A stretch of DNA of 64,000 nucleotides from an uncultured Acidobacteriota bacterium. GTDB taxonomy: Bacteria > Acidobacteriota > Blastocatellia > RBC074. The stretch lies in NCBI GenBank assembly GCA_963796275.1, contig CAWCKY010000007.1, positions 256,001 to 320,000 on the forward strand. The letters are read 5' to 3'. The notes below the pieces were generated by a model. The model made no database searches. It was not told where the DNA came from and saw only the letters and a list, made by a program, of their open reading frames with translations. Of the stretch, positions 39,842 to 52,166 are shown one piece after another (position 1 is the stretch's first letter; each line of letters opens with the position of its first letter). The translations under genes were made by a program, and so were the position numbers.

Positions 39842-41113
39842 ATGCGTAAACACGCTCTCTTATTCTTTCTCGCATCATTTCTGTTGACTCATTCCGTACC
39901 GGCGAGTCAATCGCCGCAAATCAAAAACGAGAAGCGGGTTCCACGCCGGACAGGCAAGAGAGACGGGATCGATCTCACACGTATCGAGCGTATTCCCGCG
40001 CGCATGCAATCATTCGTAAATAGCGGGCGCGCAGCCGGAATCGTCACGCTCGTCGCTCATAAAGGTTCGATCGTCAGTCTCTCCGCCGTGGGATTCCGGG
40101 ATCTGGAGACCAGGACTCCTATCAAGACCGACACGATCTTTCAAATCGCTTCGATGACCAAGCCGATCACGGCCGTGGGGATAATGATCCTGGCTGAAGA
40201 CGGGCTGCTTGCGATCACAGATCCGGTCGAGAAATATCTCCCGACATTCGCCCAGATCAAATTGCATGCGAGGGCCGCCGAGACCGGGCAGGGAAGCGAG
40301 TTGACTGAGATACGTAAGCCCGCACGTCCCATCACGATTCTCGATCTGCTCACTCACACATCGGGAATGGGCGGCGGCTACCCCGATCAGTTGGGCGATC
40401 TCTTCAACAAACGCAATCGTGTCCTGGAGGAAGCTGTTGATGTGTTCCCGCAGAAGCTGCTCGAGTTCGAGCCCGGATCGAAGTGGGGTTACAGCAATAT
40501 GGGCATTGCGACGCTGGGGCGCATAATCGAGGTCGTGTCGCTCAAACCATATGAAAAGTTCATGGCTGAAAGAGTCTTCCTGCCCCTGGGAATGAAAGAC
40601 AGCTATTTCTTCGTCCCTGAAAACAAGCACAACCGCATCGCTGCTATCTATAGACTGGAAAAAGACCGTTTGGTGAAGGCGGAGATCGATATTTATCGAA
40701 AGGGTGCAACCTATTCATCGCCCGAGGCCGGCTTGTATTCGACTGCGCCCGACCTGTTCAATTTCTATCAAATGATGCTTAACGGCGGCGTAATGAATAA
40801 CCAGCGCATTCTGTCGAAGGCATCCGTCGATTTGATGACGACCGTGCATACTAATAGTCTTAAGACGGGCTTCTCGCCGGGCATCGGATTTGGTCTCGGA
40901 TGGGCCGTGGTGAAAGATGTTGATGGGATGTTTCGATTGAACTCGATCGGGACTTATGGCCATGGCGGGTTGTACCGCACGTACGGATTCATCGATCCGC
41001 AGAAGGAATTGATCGGAATAATTTTGATGCAGCGCCTGAGCGGGGACGGCGATATGGCCGACGAGATAAGCGCATTCATCACGATGGCTTCGGCAGCAGT
41101 GATTGATAATTGA
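39842..41113 (+). CDS. Serine hydrolase, beta-lactamase/class C esterase family
   Basis: SMTK, LLTHTSG, YSN and GHGG motifs. Confidence 0.9.
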   Translation: MRKHALLFFLASFLLTHSVPASQSPQIKNEKRVPRRTGKRDGIDLTRIERIPARMQSFVNSGRAAGIVTLVAHKGSIVSLSAVGFRDLETRTPIKTDTIFQIASMTKPITAVGIMILAEDGLLAITDPVEKYLPTFAQIKLHARAAETGQGSELTEIRKPARPITILDLLTHTSGMGGGYPDQLGDLFNKRNRVLEEAVDVFPQKLLEFEPGSKWGYSNMGIATLGRIIEVVSLKPYEKFMAERVFLPLGMKDSYFFVPENKHNRIAAIYRLEKDRLVKAEIDIYRKGATYSSPEAGLYSTAPDLFNFYQMMLNGGVMNNQRILSKASVDLMTTVHTNSLKTGFSPGIGFGLGWAVVKDVDGMFRLNSIGTYGHGGLYRTYGFIDPQKELIGIILMQRLSGDGDMADEISAFITMASAAVIDN

Positions 41114-41192
41114 TCGTTTGTAAAAATCGTTGCCACCGTCTATCACAACTGACGGCTATCGACTATCAACTATCGACTATCAACTATCAATT
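41100..41192. repeat. Inverted heptamer-array element (TGATAAT ... ACTATCA/ACTATCG)
   Basis: 7-bp periodicity; overlaps the hydrolase stop codon. Confidence 0.75.
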
Positions 41193-41253
41193 CTCCATTC
41201 CTACTGCCAACTCTTTTGATATAATTGCCCCCGGGGAGTTAGAAAAATTGACA

Positions 41254-42435
41254 GTGAAACAAGCAGTCATCATCAGTGCCACGCGCACCGCAATCGGGAA
41301 ATTTCAGGGTGCGCTCAAAACTTTCACATCACCGCAACTCGGTTCGATCGTCGTGCGATCGGCCATCGAACGGGCGGGGATTGAAGCATCTCGGGTAGAC
41401 GAAGTGATCATGGGTTGTGTGCTGCAGGCCGGTCTCGGACAGAATCCCGCTCGCCAGGCTGCTCTTCATGCCGGAATCCCGCATACTGTTTCTGCGCTGA
41501 CTATCAACAAAGTGTGCGGTTCGGGATTGAAATCGGTGATGCTTGCGGCGCAATCGATCGCGCTCGGCGATAATGAGGTGATCGTGGCGGGAGGAATGGA
41601 ATCGATGAGCAATGCTCCATACCTCCTGGCGAAAGCGCGCGACGGTTACCGCATGGGAAATGGCGAGATCATCGACGAAATGATCCAAGATGGCCTGTGG
41701 TGCGCTTTCGATCAATGGCATATGGGTGAGACGGGCGAAGTGGTCGCCGAGAAGTACGGCATAACCCGCCTCGCGCAGGATGAGTATGCGGCTAATTCAA
41801 ACCGTCGCGCCGGAGCGGCAATCGGCGCGGGAAAGTTTAAGGACGAAATCACACCAGTGGCGATCCCGCAGCGCAAAGGCGACCCGGTGATCTTCGAGAC
41901 AGATGAAAGTCCGCGCATAGATTCATCGGCTGAATCTTTGGCGAAGCTGAAGCCGGCTTTCCGCTCAAATGGATCGGTGACCGCGGGCAACGCGTCGACG
42001 ATCAGCGACGGTGCGGCCGCCTGTGTCGTGACTTCGATGGAGAAGGCGAGGAGCCTCGGCCGGGCGCCGTTGGCGCGAATTGTGGCCCAGGCGACAACAG
42101 GCGTCGAGCCCAGGCTGGTGATGATGGCTCCGGTCGATGCGGTCAAGCGAGTTGCGGAGAAGGCCGGCTGGAATTTGAAGGATGTCGATCTGTTCGAGCT
42201 GAACGAGGCATTCTCGGCTCAATCCGTCGCATTGATCAGACAACTCGAAATCGATGCGGAAAGGGTCAACGTCAACGGCGGCGCAGTCGCGCTCGGACAT
42301 CCGATCGGGGCTTCCGGCACCCGGGTGCTCGTGACATTGTTGTACGAAATGATCAAACGCGATGCCGCGCGAGGTATCGCGAGTCTCTGTCTCGGTGGAG
42401 GCAATGCCGTTGCGCTTGCCGTCGAGCGAGGGTAG
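41254..42435 (+). CDS. Acetyl-CoA C-acetyltransferase (thiolase)
   Basis: [19 protein letters not shown] and CLGGG. Start GTG 41254 or TTG 41248. Confidence 0.95.
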   Translation: MKQAVIISATRTAIGKFQGALKTFTSPQLGSIVVRSAIERAGIEASRVDEVIMGCVLQAGLGQNPARQAALHAGIPHTVSALTINKVCGSGLKSVMLAAQSIALGDNEVIVAGGMESMSNAPYLLAKARDGYRMGNGEIIDEMIQDGLWCAFDQWHMGETGEVVAEKYGITRLAQDEYAANSNRRAGAAIGAGKFKDEITPVAIPQRKGDPVIFETDESPRIDSSAESLAKLKPAFRSNGSVTAGNASTISDGAAACVVTSMEKARSLGRAPLARIVAQATTGVEPRLVMMAPVDAVKRVAEKAGWNLKDVDLFELNEAFSAQSVALIRQLEIDAERVNVNGGAVALGHPIGASGTRVLVTLLYEMIKRDAARGIASLCLGGGNAVALAVERG

Positions 42436-42451
42436 ATTATTTGTGGTTCGC

Positions 42452-42516
42452 AGATTTGCAATCACCGATTGTTGATTGCCGATTTTGATTACCGATTATT
42501 GATTGCAGATTGCGGG
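42452..42516 (+). repeat. Heptamer array (GATTNNN)n
   Basis: GATTGTT GATTGCC GATTTT GATTACC GATTATT GATTGCA GATTGCG. Confidence 0.75.
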
Positions 42517-42549
42517 ATGCAGAAAGCTGACGGGAGACGAATATATTCT

Positions 42550-43785
42550 ATGATCTTTTGTCAACGTTGTAAGAAAGCCAATCCGAACGACGCTGAGAAT
42601 TGCGAAGAGTGCGGCGCGATACTGATGATCATCTCGCGCCCCTCCAGCAACATCTTTGGTCCCGAGCTTCTTGAGAACACCCTCGAAGAACATCTGCTTG
42701 AGCGCATCAGTGCGCTCGAATCGGCCCTGGCGCGCGCCAACGAACGTTTCGAACAATTGCTGGAGCTGGCGCAGCAGCAGGCGACGGGGAGTTTTTACGA
42801 CCATATGATGCTCGAGGCCTTGACAGAAATCTTGACCGAGATGCGTGCGGTCAACCCCGACGAGCTCGAGCAGCGCTGGCGCAACCGCGTAGCTCGCCAT
42901 TATGAAGAGACGGCAGAACGCGAGCGTCTGGATGAGCGCTGCGAACAGATCATCTCGGCGTATCGGGGGAACAGTCGCGAGGACTTCATCGACCTGGTCG
43001 AAGAAGGGACGCTGCTCATCACCGAAGGGCGCACGCGCCGCGGTTTAAGGACGCTCGAGAACGCCCTCGCCCTCGACGAGCAGAACGCCGAGCTCAGCTT
43101 CACGATCGGCGAATACTACTTCCATCTAGGCAAATCTCTCGATTCGGCCGTGCATCTGCGCCGGGCGCTCGACGAGCAGAGCGATCATTTCGGCGCGCGC
43201 TTGCTCCTCGGCCTGTTGAGCGATAATGAGGGAGAGGTCGAATCGGCCAAGCTTCATCTGCAGCGCGCCCTATCGCTCGATGAAAACTCGTTCTCCGCGC
43301 ATTACAGCCTGGGAAGGCTGCTGGCGCGCGAAGGCAAATTGAGCGAGGCCTTGCAGCATCTCAAACGCGCGCTTCAATTGAACCCTACTCCGGAGACGCA
43401 TTACCTGGTCGGACGCACATACTGGGAGCAGGGAAGGGCGGAACAGGCGCTCAAACATTTGCAAAAAGCCGTTCGTCTCGACCCGCATTTCGATATCGCC
43501 CTCTACAGTCTTGGCTTTATCTACTGGCAATCGAACCGGACAAATGAGGCGCGCGAGCATTTCCGCGCCGCCTATGAAATAAACCCACAGGATTCCGACT
43601 ATCGAACGGCCGTCCAGGCGCGAGTGGGCGATGAGTTGCCGGTGCCGCCGGCTCCGGGCTGGTCGGGCATCTTCCCGCGGCGCAAAGCCAAGGTCAATGA
43701 AACGCGCTTTATCGATCTGCTCTGGCGTGATCTAAACACATTCACAATCTCTCCCGCGCAGATGCGCAAAAATCCACGGAAATAA
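42550..43785 (+). CDS. Zinc-ribbon + coiled-coil + TPR protein
   Basis: CQRC-x10-CEEC N-terminus, a heptad region, then multiple TPRs. Confidence 0.8.
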   Translation: MIFCQRCKKANPNDAENCEECGAILMIISRPSSNIFGPELLENTLEEHLLERISALESALARANERFEQLLELAQQQATGSFYDHMMLEALTEILTEMRAVNPDELEQRWRNRVARHYEETAERERLDERCEQIISAYRGNSREDFIDLVEEGTLLITEGRTRRGLRTLENALALDEQNAELSFTIGEYYFHLGKSLDSAVHLRRALDEQSDHFGARLLLGLLSDNEGEVESAKLHLQRALSLDENSFSAHYSLGRLLAREGKLSEALQHLKRALQLNPTPETHYLVGRTYWEQGRAEQALKHLQKAVRLDPHFDIALYSLGFIYWQSNRTNEAREHFRAAYEINPQDSDYRTAVQARVGDELPVPPAPGWSGIFPRRKAKVNETRFIDLLWRDLNTFTISPAQMRKNPRK

Positions 43786-43878
43786 TCATTAAATGGGAAA
43801 AGGGGAAAGGCATGTCCGGGCACCCTCTCCCATCGAAAATTCGTGTTCTCCCCAAGATATTCGCAGCGGAGAGCCCAT

Positions 43879-43990
43879 TCGCCGCTCGAGGTGATAGCGA
43901 TGTTCCTTATCTAGCTCCCGCTCGACCTGGGCTCGGCGGAAGAGTTCGCGCAACCGGAGGGCACCGTATAAAACCAGCGATTGATCCGCT
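43879..43990 (-). pseudogene. 5' relic of an ADOP-family (acidobacterial duplicated orphan) ABC permease
   Basis: Reads RINRWFYTVP/LRLRELFRRAQVERELDKEHRYHLERR with a lost ATG and a 1-nt shift, immediately after padR. Confidence 0.75.
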
Positions 43991-43993
43991 CTC

Positions 43994-44329
43994 TCAAGCC
44001 TCCTTGAGTCTAACTACCCGCGAGATTGCTGCGGAGAGGCGATTCCAGTTGGCGGCCTCTTTTTCCAGCTCCTTGCGCCCGAGCCGCGTGAGCGAATAGA
44101 ACTTGGCGCGACGATTGTTCTCGCTGGGCTTCCATTCCGCGGTGATCCACCCCTCCTGCTCCAGCTTGTGCAGGGCCGGATAGAGCGACCCGTCGCTGAC
44201 GGATAGAACATCGCCCGAGATCTGCTTCAACCGCTGCCCGATCGCCCAACCATGCTGCGGCTCTAACGCGAGAATCTTCAAGATAAGCAGGTCCAGGGTG
44301 CCCTGAACCAGGTCTGTCGGTTTGCTCAT
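43994..44329 (-). CDS. PadR-family transcriptional regulator, acidobacterial type
   Basis: QGTLDLLILK, HGWAI, GSLYPALHKLE and ENNRRAKFYSLT. Confidence 0.95.
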   Translation of the reverse strand: MSKPTDLVQGTLDLLILKILALEPQHGWAIGQRLKQISGDVLSVSDGSLYPALHKLEQEGWITAEWKPSENNRRAKFYSLTRLGRKELEKEAANWNRLSAAISRVVRLKEA

Positions 44330-44456
44330 TCGTTCTCCCTTGGTTACCGAGATGACTATAATCATTCCCCTCTCGGTAAGCAAGGAGAACGGGCGCACTC
44401 CGCTAAAGATCGATCCGTGGGCTGGTAAGCCTCCCGTAGGAACTCTCGCGATGTGA

Positions 44457-44518
44457 AAAGACCGCGTAAACGCGGAACTCCAAACGCTGTTTCGGAGTTC
44501 CGCCCTCAGGCGGTCTTT
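44457..44518. repeat. Inverted REP-like doublet
   Basis: AAAGACCGCGTAAACGCGGAACTCCAAAC ... GTTTCGGAGTTCCGCCCTCAGGCGGTCTTT. Confidence 0.75.
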
Positions 44519-44641
44519 GTTGCCTGGACTGCAGGTTCTCGATCGACACGCGCGTCCCAGACCTGTTCATAGAGGCAAAGAGCAAAATTTTTGGCCTGCG
44601 TTATTTTTTTCGCCTCTCTTGCAACTGTCCAAACTCGGGAA

Positions 44642-44669
44642 TTGCAGTGATCGTCGCGCATGGTATAAT
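44642..44669 (+). promoter_or_regulatory. Putative sigma70 promoter (extended -10)
   Basis: TTGCAG-N16-TATAAT with TG at the extended -10 position. Confidence 0.6.
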
Positions 44670-44677
44670 TCTCCCGT

Positions 44678-44838
44678 GTTCAGCCGGTAGTTACGAGCTA
44701 AGCGCCGATGGACCAATGAAGGAGAAGAACTCTGATCAGCAAATATCTAGCAACCATTCCCTACCTCAAATACCGTGGTGCAACAACAGATTCCTCTCTC
44801 AATACAGTGGTGGTGCTACTCTGACTATCGCAATGAAT
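44678..44838 (+). ncRNA. Candidate rod-shaped structured RNA upstream of recA
   Basis: Colinear helices with several G-U pairs on the + strand (see findings); starts right after the promoter. Confidence 0.4.
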
Positions 44839-44976
44839 CGTCATCCTGCCTGAGTGCGTCGCCATTTCGGTCGAGCTTCCGCACAGCAGACCGTTGGGCA
44901 GCGGGCCGCCAACGAAGGCTAACTTCAAACCACCCAGCTTATGGCTGGCCAATAAATCATATATTTGTGAGGAAAT

Positions 44977-46061
44977 ATGGCTATTGAAAAAAGCGAGAAG
45001 GCTAAAGCTGTTGAAGCGGCTCTCCTCAATATTGAGAAGCAATTCGGCAAAGGCGCAATCATGCGTTTGGGAGAACAGAGGGTCGAAGAGATCCGGTAGT
45101 TTCGACATCCAGCATCGGCATTGACGCGGCCATCGGTGTCGGCGGATTCCCGCGCGGGCGCGTCGTAGAGATCTATGGTCCCGAGAGTTCGGGTAAAACG
45201 ACGCTCGCTCTGCACGTGGTCGCCGAGGCACAGAAGGCGGGCGGCATTGCGGCTTATATCGATGCCGAGCACGCGCTCGATGCCATTTACGCCGAGAAGC
45301 TGGGGGTCAACATCAACGATCTGTTCGTCTCGCAGCCCGATTCGGGCGAGCAGGCGTTGGAGATCACCGAATCTCTCGTCCGCTCGAATGCCGTCGACGT
45401 GCTCGTGATCGACTCGGTTGCCGCACTCACTCCGAGGGCGGAACTCGAAGGCGATATGGGAGACAGCCTGCCGGGGTTGCAGGCTCGTTTGATGTCGCAG
45501 GCTCTTCGTAAATTGACGGCCGTCGTCGGCCGTTCGAATACCTGTTTGATCTTCATCAATCAGATCCGCGAGAAGATAGGGGTAATGTTCGGGTCGCCGG
45601 AAACGACGACCGGCGGGCGCGCGCTCAAGTTCTACTCCTCGGTGCGCGTCGACATCCGCCGCCTGACGCAGATCAAAGACGGCGAGAACATTATAGGCAA
45701 TCGCACCAAGGTCAAGATCGTCAAGAACAAGGTTGCGCCGCCATTTCGGGAAGCGGAGTTTGATATCATGTACGGCGAGGGCATCTCGAAGCTTGGCGAA
45801 CTGATCGACATCGGCGTCGAGCAGAAGATCGTCGAGAAGTCCGGGTCGTGGTTCTCGTACAAAGGCGAGCGACTCGGGCAGGGCCGGGAGAACGCGAAGA
45901 ATACTCTTCGCGATAACAAAGAGCTCTCGGCGAAGGTCGAAGCGGAAGTTCGCGCGGCGCTCGGAATCGGGAAACCGCAAGCGCAGCAGGCCGCTGCTCC
46001 TGCCGCCGCGCCGGCAGTGTCAGGAAACAGGCGCGGGGCCAAAGCGCTAGAGGAAGGATAG
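44977..46061 (+). CDS. recA: Recombinase RecA with a -1 frameshift at ~45093
   Basis: MAIEK...[14 protein letters not shown] from ATG 44977. One extra C in ATCCGGTAG restores IPVVSTSS...GPESSGKTT, continuing into the ORF 45216-46061 ([22 protein letters not shown]). Confidence 0.95.
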
Positions 46062-46116
46062 GTAGAACACAAGGGTTAATGAGAATCGCATAGATCTCCA
46101 TACCTGAAGGTTTCGA

Positions 46117-46252
46117 GGAGGTAGCCAGGGGGGATTACGCCGCGTTGCCACCTCGTCATCATCCGGCTGTTTGCTCGGAAGAAACATTTTCTCGTGGCGT
46201 AGCGACGAGAAAATGCCGGATAATGACAAGGTTGCAATACCTGGCTACCTTC
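46117..46252. repeat. Long imperfect foldback (nested REP/MITE-like) between recA and selD
   Basis: Arms 46117-46129/46240-46252, 46145-46167/46215-46237 and 46185-46195/46205-46215. Confidence 0.8.
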
Positions 46253-46289
46253 TGCTGCGTCTGTCGTGGCAATGTGATTTAATAACTTT

Positions 46290-47327
46290 ATGACAAAAAG
46301 ACTAACAGAATTGGTAGACTGCGCGGGTTGAGCGTCGAAGCTCGCGCCCAGCGTGCTGACCCAGGTTCTGGGCAGTCTACCGAAACAACCGAATGATCCC
46401 AATTTATTGATCGGCTTCGAAAACGCCGATGATGGGGCAGTCTATCGTCTACGCGAGGATCTGGCTATTGTTCAAACGGTCGATTTCTTTACGCCGATCG
46501 TCGATGAGCCCTTCGATTACGGGAGAATAGCGGCGCTCAATTCGATTAACGATGTCTGGGCGATGGGCGGGACGCCGGTTACCGCAATGGCGATCACCTG
46601 CTTTCCCAGGAATGGCGTTGATCCGTCGATTCTCGGTGAAATCATGCGGGGCGGCCTTTCCGCATTGACAGATAACGGTGTGAGATTGGTCGGCGGTCAC
46701 AGCGTGGAGAACGCGCAGATAATGTTCGGTTATGCTGTCACCGGCATAATCCATCCCGATCAGATTGCGTCGAACGACGGCGCGCATCCCGGTGAGACAT
46801 TGATATTGACCAAACCGATCGGTACGGGCGTCATCTCCACCGGCATCAAATTCGGTAAAGCCGATCCGGATGTCGCCGCCCGTTCGATTGCGACGATGTT
46901 GACTCCCGGAGCTAAGGCGGCCGAGGCTATGCGCGAATTCGGCGTCCGAGCCGCGACCGACGTCACAGGTTTTGGCCTGCTCGGCCATGCCTGGGAGCTG
47001 GCGAAAGCGAGCAAAGTTACGCTCGAGATAACCGCCGAACGAGTGCCGATTTTGCCCGGGGCTCTCGACCTGGCTCGACAACGAATGATCACCCGGGGCG
47101 ACCGGACGAATCGTGAATATGTGGGCGGCGATGTCGAGATTGCGAGCGGCATCGGTAAAGAGATGGCGAGTCTGCTCTATGACCCGCAGACGGCGGGCGG
47201 TATGTTGATTGCCATCGCAAGCGATCGAGCGGATGCGATGCTCGCTCTTCTACGTGAGAATTATTCTGATGCTGCCATCATCGGACGGGTGCATGAATAT
47301 CAACTGCGTTCGGTTATTGTTATCTGA
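46290..47327 (+). CDS. selD: Selenide, water dikinase (selenophosphate synthetase), selenocysteine-containing
   Basis: ATG 46290 is in frame: [14 protein letters not shown](TGA 46329-46331)-ASKL. Also [36 protein letters not shown] and DPQTAGG. Confidence 0.93.
46356..46375 (+). promoter_or_regulatory. Putative bacterial SECIS hairpin
   Basis: CTG-A-CCCAG-GTT-CTGGG-CAG; the G-containing apical loop is 33 nt 3' of the UGA. Confidence 0.65.
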
Positions 47328-47365
47328 AAGCAGGAAGACGGGATGGAATCACGAGTAGAGATCAT

Positions 47366-48784
47366 ATGGCAGAAAAGATATTAATGGGAGGATGGGTGGC
47401 ACAAGAAGCTGCCAAATATGATGCGATTGTGATCGGTACGGGCCAGGGAGGCAAGCCGCTCGCTATCGCGCTCGCAAATGCCGGCTGGAAGACCGCAATA
47501 ATCGAAAGGGAGGATGTCGGCGGCACCTGCATCAATGTTGGCTGCACGCCTACCAAGACCTTGGTAGGCAGCGCGCGCGTGGCTTATCTCGCGCGGCGCG
47601 CCGAGGATTACGGCGTCTATACGAACGGCATACGGATCAATCTATTCGAGATTCTGCTGCGCAAGCAGGCGGTTGTAGACAGCTTCCGCAATGGCAGCCA
47701 GCGCTCAATTGAACAGACCAAAAACCTCGATCTGATCTTTGGCCACGCAAGTTTCGCCGGTCATCAGTCGATTCTCGTGAAGATGAATAACGGCGGGATG
47801 CGCTATCTCGCAGCCGAAAAGATATTCATCAACACCGGTTGCCGCCCGGCAATTCCCGATGTCGACGGATTTGACAAGGTCCCCGTACTCGATTCGACGT
47901 CGATTATGGAGTTGAGCGAGCTACCCGATCACCTGCTCGTGCTCGGCGGCGGTTACGTCGGCCTCGAATTCGCGCAGATGTTCCGGCGGTTCGGGAGCAG
48001 CGTGACGCTCGTCCAACGCGGCCCGCAGTTATTGGAACACGAAGATCGAGATGTGGCTGATGAAGTTGCCAAGATAATGCGGGAAGATGAAATCGAGCTC
48101 TACCTCAATACTCCTCCCGTGCGAGTCGAGAATGCGGGCGACTCCACTATCAAATTGACGGTACGGACGCTCGCCGGCGAACGAATCCTCATCGGATCGC
48201 ACTTGCTGGCCGCCGCGGGGCGCGTCCCGAACACAGAGGCGTTGAATCTCAGCGCGGTTGGCATAAGAACCGACACGAGAGGCTTCATCAAAGTCAACGA
48301 GCGGCTGGAGACGAGTTCGCCGGGCGTATTCGCGTTGGGCGACGTTAAGGGGGGGCCGCAATTCACGCATATCTCATATGACGATTTTCGCATTATCCGG
48401 AAGAACCTGCTCGAAGGAGGAGTAGCCTCGACTGACGATCGCTTCGTGCCTTATACGGTCTTCATCGATCCGCAGCTCGGGCGAGTCGGCCTGAGCGAGA
48501 CCGAGGCGCGCAGGCTCGGTTTCAATATAAAGATTGCGAAGATGCCGATGAGCCACGTTGCCCGAGCATTGGAGGTAGGCGAGAGCCGCGGTTTTATGAA
48601 GGTCGTCATCGACCCCGTAACCAACCTCATCCTCGGCTGCGCCATTCTGGGCATCGAGGGCGGTGAGATCATGTCGATGATCCAGATCGCTATGATGGGC
48701 AAGCTGCCCTACACGGCTTTGAAAGATGCGACTTTCGCTCATCCGACTTTGGCTGAGTCGCTCAATAATCTGTTGAACATTTGA
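47366..48784 (+). CDS. Class I flavoprotein disulfide reductase, RclA/YkgC-like (often annotated 'mercuric reductase')
   Basis: [27 protein letters not shown] and HPTLAES. No NmerA domain and no C-terminal Cys-Cys. Confidence 0.85.
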   Translation: MAEKILMGGWVAQEAAKYDAIVIGTGQGGKPLAIALANAGWKTAIIEREDVGGTCINVGCTPTKTLVGSARVAYLARRAEDYGVYTNGIRINLFEILLRKQAVVDSFRNGSQRSIEQTKNLDLIFGHASFAGHQSILVKMNNGGMRYLAAEKIFINTGCRPAIPDVDGFDKVPVLDSTSIMELSELPDHLLVLGGGYVGLEFAQMFRRFGSSVTLVQRGPQLLEHEDRDVADEVAKIMREDEIELYLNTPPVRVENAGDSTIKLTVRTLAGERILIGSHLLAAAGRVPNTEALNLSAVGIRTDTRGFIKVNERLETSSPGVFALGDVKGGPQFTHISYDDFRIIRKNLLEGGVASTDDRFVPYTVFIDPQLGRVGLSETEARRLGFNIKIAKMPMSHVARALEVGESRGFMKVVIDPVTNLILGCAILGIEGGEIMSMIQIAMMGKLPYTALKDATFAHPTLAESLNNLLNI

Positions 48785-50128
48785 ATGACATCTCGTACCA
48801 GACAGCATCAAACTTTCGATAGGACTGAAGCGATTATCCAGTTGTTCAAACGGGTTCGCGCTTATACGATGCAAATCGTGGCGCCGCTCGAGATTGAAGA
48901 TTACGTTATTCAGACCGCGGAGTATATGAGCCCGCCGCGCTGGCACATCGGACATACATCGTGGTTTTTTGAGACGCTGCTTCAGACCTATCAACCGGGC
49001 TATCAATCCTACTCTGAAGATTTTCTCTTTTATTTCAATTCCTATTATGAGGGCTTCGGCAAACGAATCGAGCGCGCTCGCCGAGGCACTCGTTCGCGCC
49101 CGACGGTGAAGGAAACGATCCGCTATCGTATGCAGATCGATTCATTGATGCTCAAGTTTTTGGAGGGACTGGAATCGCGCGACGATGCCGAGACGATCAT
49201 CGCCCTCGTCCGATTGGGGCTCGAGCACGAAATTCAGCACCAGGAACTGCTGGTCTACGACATCAAACATCTGCTGTGCGATCTTTACCGGGCGCCCGGA
49301 AATAGGATGCCCGTCTCGCCGGAAATCGTAACCGGTATGGCCGAGATCGAAGGCGGATTGTTCGAACTCGGTTATGAGGGAAGCGACTTCGCCTGGGACA
49401 ACGAGAAACCGCGGCATCAGATTTTTTTACAAGATTTTGCCATCGACCGCGCGCCGGTAAGCAACGGCGATTTCCTCGGATTCATCGATAACGGCGGTTA
49501 TCGGGATTTCCGCTACTGGCTAGCAGAGGGTTGGGATAGGGTGAATCGGGAGCATTGGGAAGCGCCGCTCTACTGGGAGAAGCAAGGTGACGAATGGATG
49601 CTCCGCGATTATCGCGGGTTGCATCGAGTCGAAGAGAAGGCCGGCGAGCCCGTCTCTCACTTGAGTTTTTATGAAGCATCGGCATACGCGAAGTGGGTGG
49701 GGAAACGGCTCCCGACGGAGGCAGAGTGGGAGAAAGCCGCCTGTTTCGATCCGGGAACAAAGAGCAAACGGGATTTTCCCTGGGGAGGAGGCATGCCAGA
49801 GGTCCGGCACGCAAATCTCTCGGAAAATCAGCTCTGGTGTGTGGCGTCTATCGGCGCATACCCGGAAGGGAAGAGCGCATATGGCCTCCAACAGATGATC
49901 GGCGATGTCTGGGAATGGACGAGTTCGGATTACGTGCCTTATCCCGGCTTCCGATCCGAATTTGATGAATATAACGATAAATGGTTCGTGGGGCAAAAAG
50001 TATTGCGCGGCGGATCGTTCGCCACCCCGCAAATACATATTCGATCCACCTATCGGAACTTTTTTCATCCGAACGAGCGGTGGATGGTTTCGGGCTTTCG
50101 TTGCGCAAAGACGCTCCGAGCATTTTAG
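48785..50128 (+). CDS. egtB: Ergothioneine sulfoxide synthase (DinB + FGE-like domains)
   Basis: [48 protein letters not shown] and YRNFF. Confidence 0.85.
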   Translation: MTSRTRQHQTFDRTEAIIQLFKRVRAYTMQIVAPLEIEDYVIQTAEYMSPPRWHIGHTSWFFETLLQTYQPGYQSYSEDFLFYFNSYYEGFGKRIERARRGTRSRPTVKETIRYRMQIDSLMLKFLEGLESRDDAETIIALVRLGLEHEIQHQELLVYDIKHLLCDLYRAPGNRMPVSPEIVTGMAEIEGGLFELGYEGSDFAWDNEKPRHQIFLQDFAIDRAPVSNGDFLGFIDNGGYRDFRYWLAEGWDRVNREHWEAPLYWEKQGDEWMLRDYRGLHRVEEKAGEPVSHLSFYEASAYAKWVGKRLPTEAEWEKAACFDPGTKSKRDFPWGGGMPEVRHANLSENQLWCVASIGAYPEGKSAYGLQQMIGDVWEWTSSDYVPYPGFRSEFDEYNDKWFVGQKVLRGGSFATPQIHIRSTYRNFFHPNERWMVSGFRCAKTLRAF

Positions 50129-50376
50129 ATTTTAAATTTTAAATTTTACATTTGTCATTTATTCACCCTGGATGATGCAGTCAATGACAAATGTAAAATT
50201 TAAGTAGCTGTTCAGCCTCTTCGCCGCTACGCGGCGAAGAGGCTGAGCAGTTCAGTTCTCAGTTTTTCAGTCGACCGAAATACCAATAGTCTTCCGAAGC
50301 AAAACTGAAAACTAAAAATTATTAAATTTAAAATGTAAAATTTAAAATAATAAAGATGGCAAATGGTAAATCACAA

Positions 50377-50385
<9 letters not shown>
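50123..50385. repeat. Cluster of heptamer elements with a 50-bp palindrome (50204-50253)
   Basis: GTAGCTGTTCAGCCTCTTCGCCGCTACGCGGCGAAGAGGCTGAGCAGTT is a minimal version of 20775-20986, flanked by TTTGTCA/AAATGAC and AGTTTT/AAAACT arrays. Confidence 0.85.
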
Positions 50386-51576
<1,191 letters not shown>

Positions 51577-51651
51577 CCGGTAAACGCTATCAGGCGATCG
51601 TATAATGTTGATTGCCATTGTTTGCCGGTTATTTCGGATAAGGGTGTTGCA

Positions 51652-52131
51652 ATGTATTGTCCAAATTGCGGATCGCTGGCTGCTGAAGGTACCAAATTCT
51701 GCCGACAATGCGGATTGTCGTTGAATAGGCTCGCGGAATATATTGCGAGCGGTGGGACAGACACACATCTACCTCAGTCCTCCGAGAGAAAGGCAGGAAG
51801 ACTCACGCCGACACAGCAGTTGGTGCTAACCATAATGTTTTTTGTCTTCACGCCCGCGTTGTTTGGGGTTATAGGTCAACAGATAGGAATGGAGGAAATG
51901 GCTGGTATTCCGGCTGTGTTGATGCCGCTCGGTATCGTCTGGGCGTGCTTTCATTATAAAAACCAACGGCGGCGATTGCGAGAAAATGAAGTGCATCGAA
52001 CGCTGGAGCCGGTCACGCAAAACTTGCAGGCTCAATTATATCAGCCACCGCTCCCGTCGGCGCCGACCAACCCCGTCCGCGGGAGTGTGATTGAAGATGA
52101 AACAAAACAACTGCCGGAGCGCAGACAATGA
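51652..52131 (+). CDS. Zinc-ribbon membrane protein
   Basis: MYCPNCG...KFCRQCG, two TM helices and an SVIEDETKQL tail. Confidence 0.75.
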   Translation: MYCPNCGSLAAEGTKFCRQCGLSLNRLAEYIASGGTDTHLPQSSERKAGRLTPTQQLVLTIMFFVFTPALFGVIGQQIGMEEMAGIPAVLMPLGIVWACFHYKNQRRRLRENEVHRTLEPVTQNLQAQLYQPPLPSAPTNPVRGSVIEDETKQLPERRQ

Positions 52132-52166
52132 CGATCTATCGTCTGCGCGGATGATTGTCTTCCAAC

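Noticed and set aside
41110-41250. N-terminal extensions of thiolase, the TPR protein (42469) and FGE (15831)
   Set aside because: They are translations of heptamer or 9-mer repeat elements, not protein-like sequence.
44678-44700. LexA box GTTC-N7-GTTC upstream of recA
   Set aside because: The closest match has the wrong spacing and a mismatched second half.
45085-45100. Programmed ribosomal frameshift or intein/intron in recA
   Set aside because: There is no slippery heptamer or inserted sequence. A single missing C explains it.
47366-48784. True mercuric reductase MerA
   Set aside because: It lacks the C-terminal Cys-Cys pair and NmerA domain, and there are no mer genes nearby.
48785-50128. 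Canonical selenoneine synthase SenA
   Set aside because: Motifs fit type II EgtB and there is no senB glycosyltransferase. It is kept only as a hypothesis in the findings.
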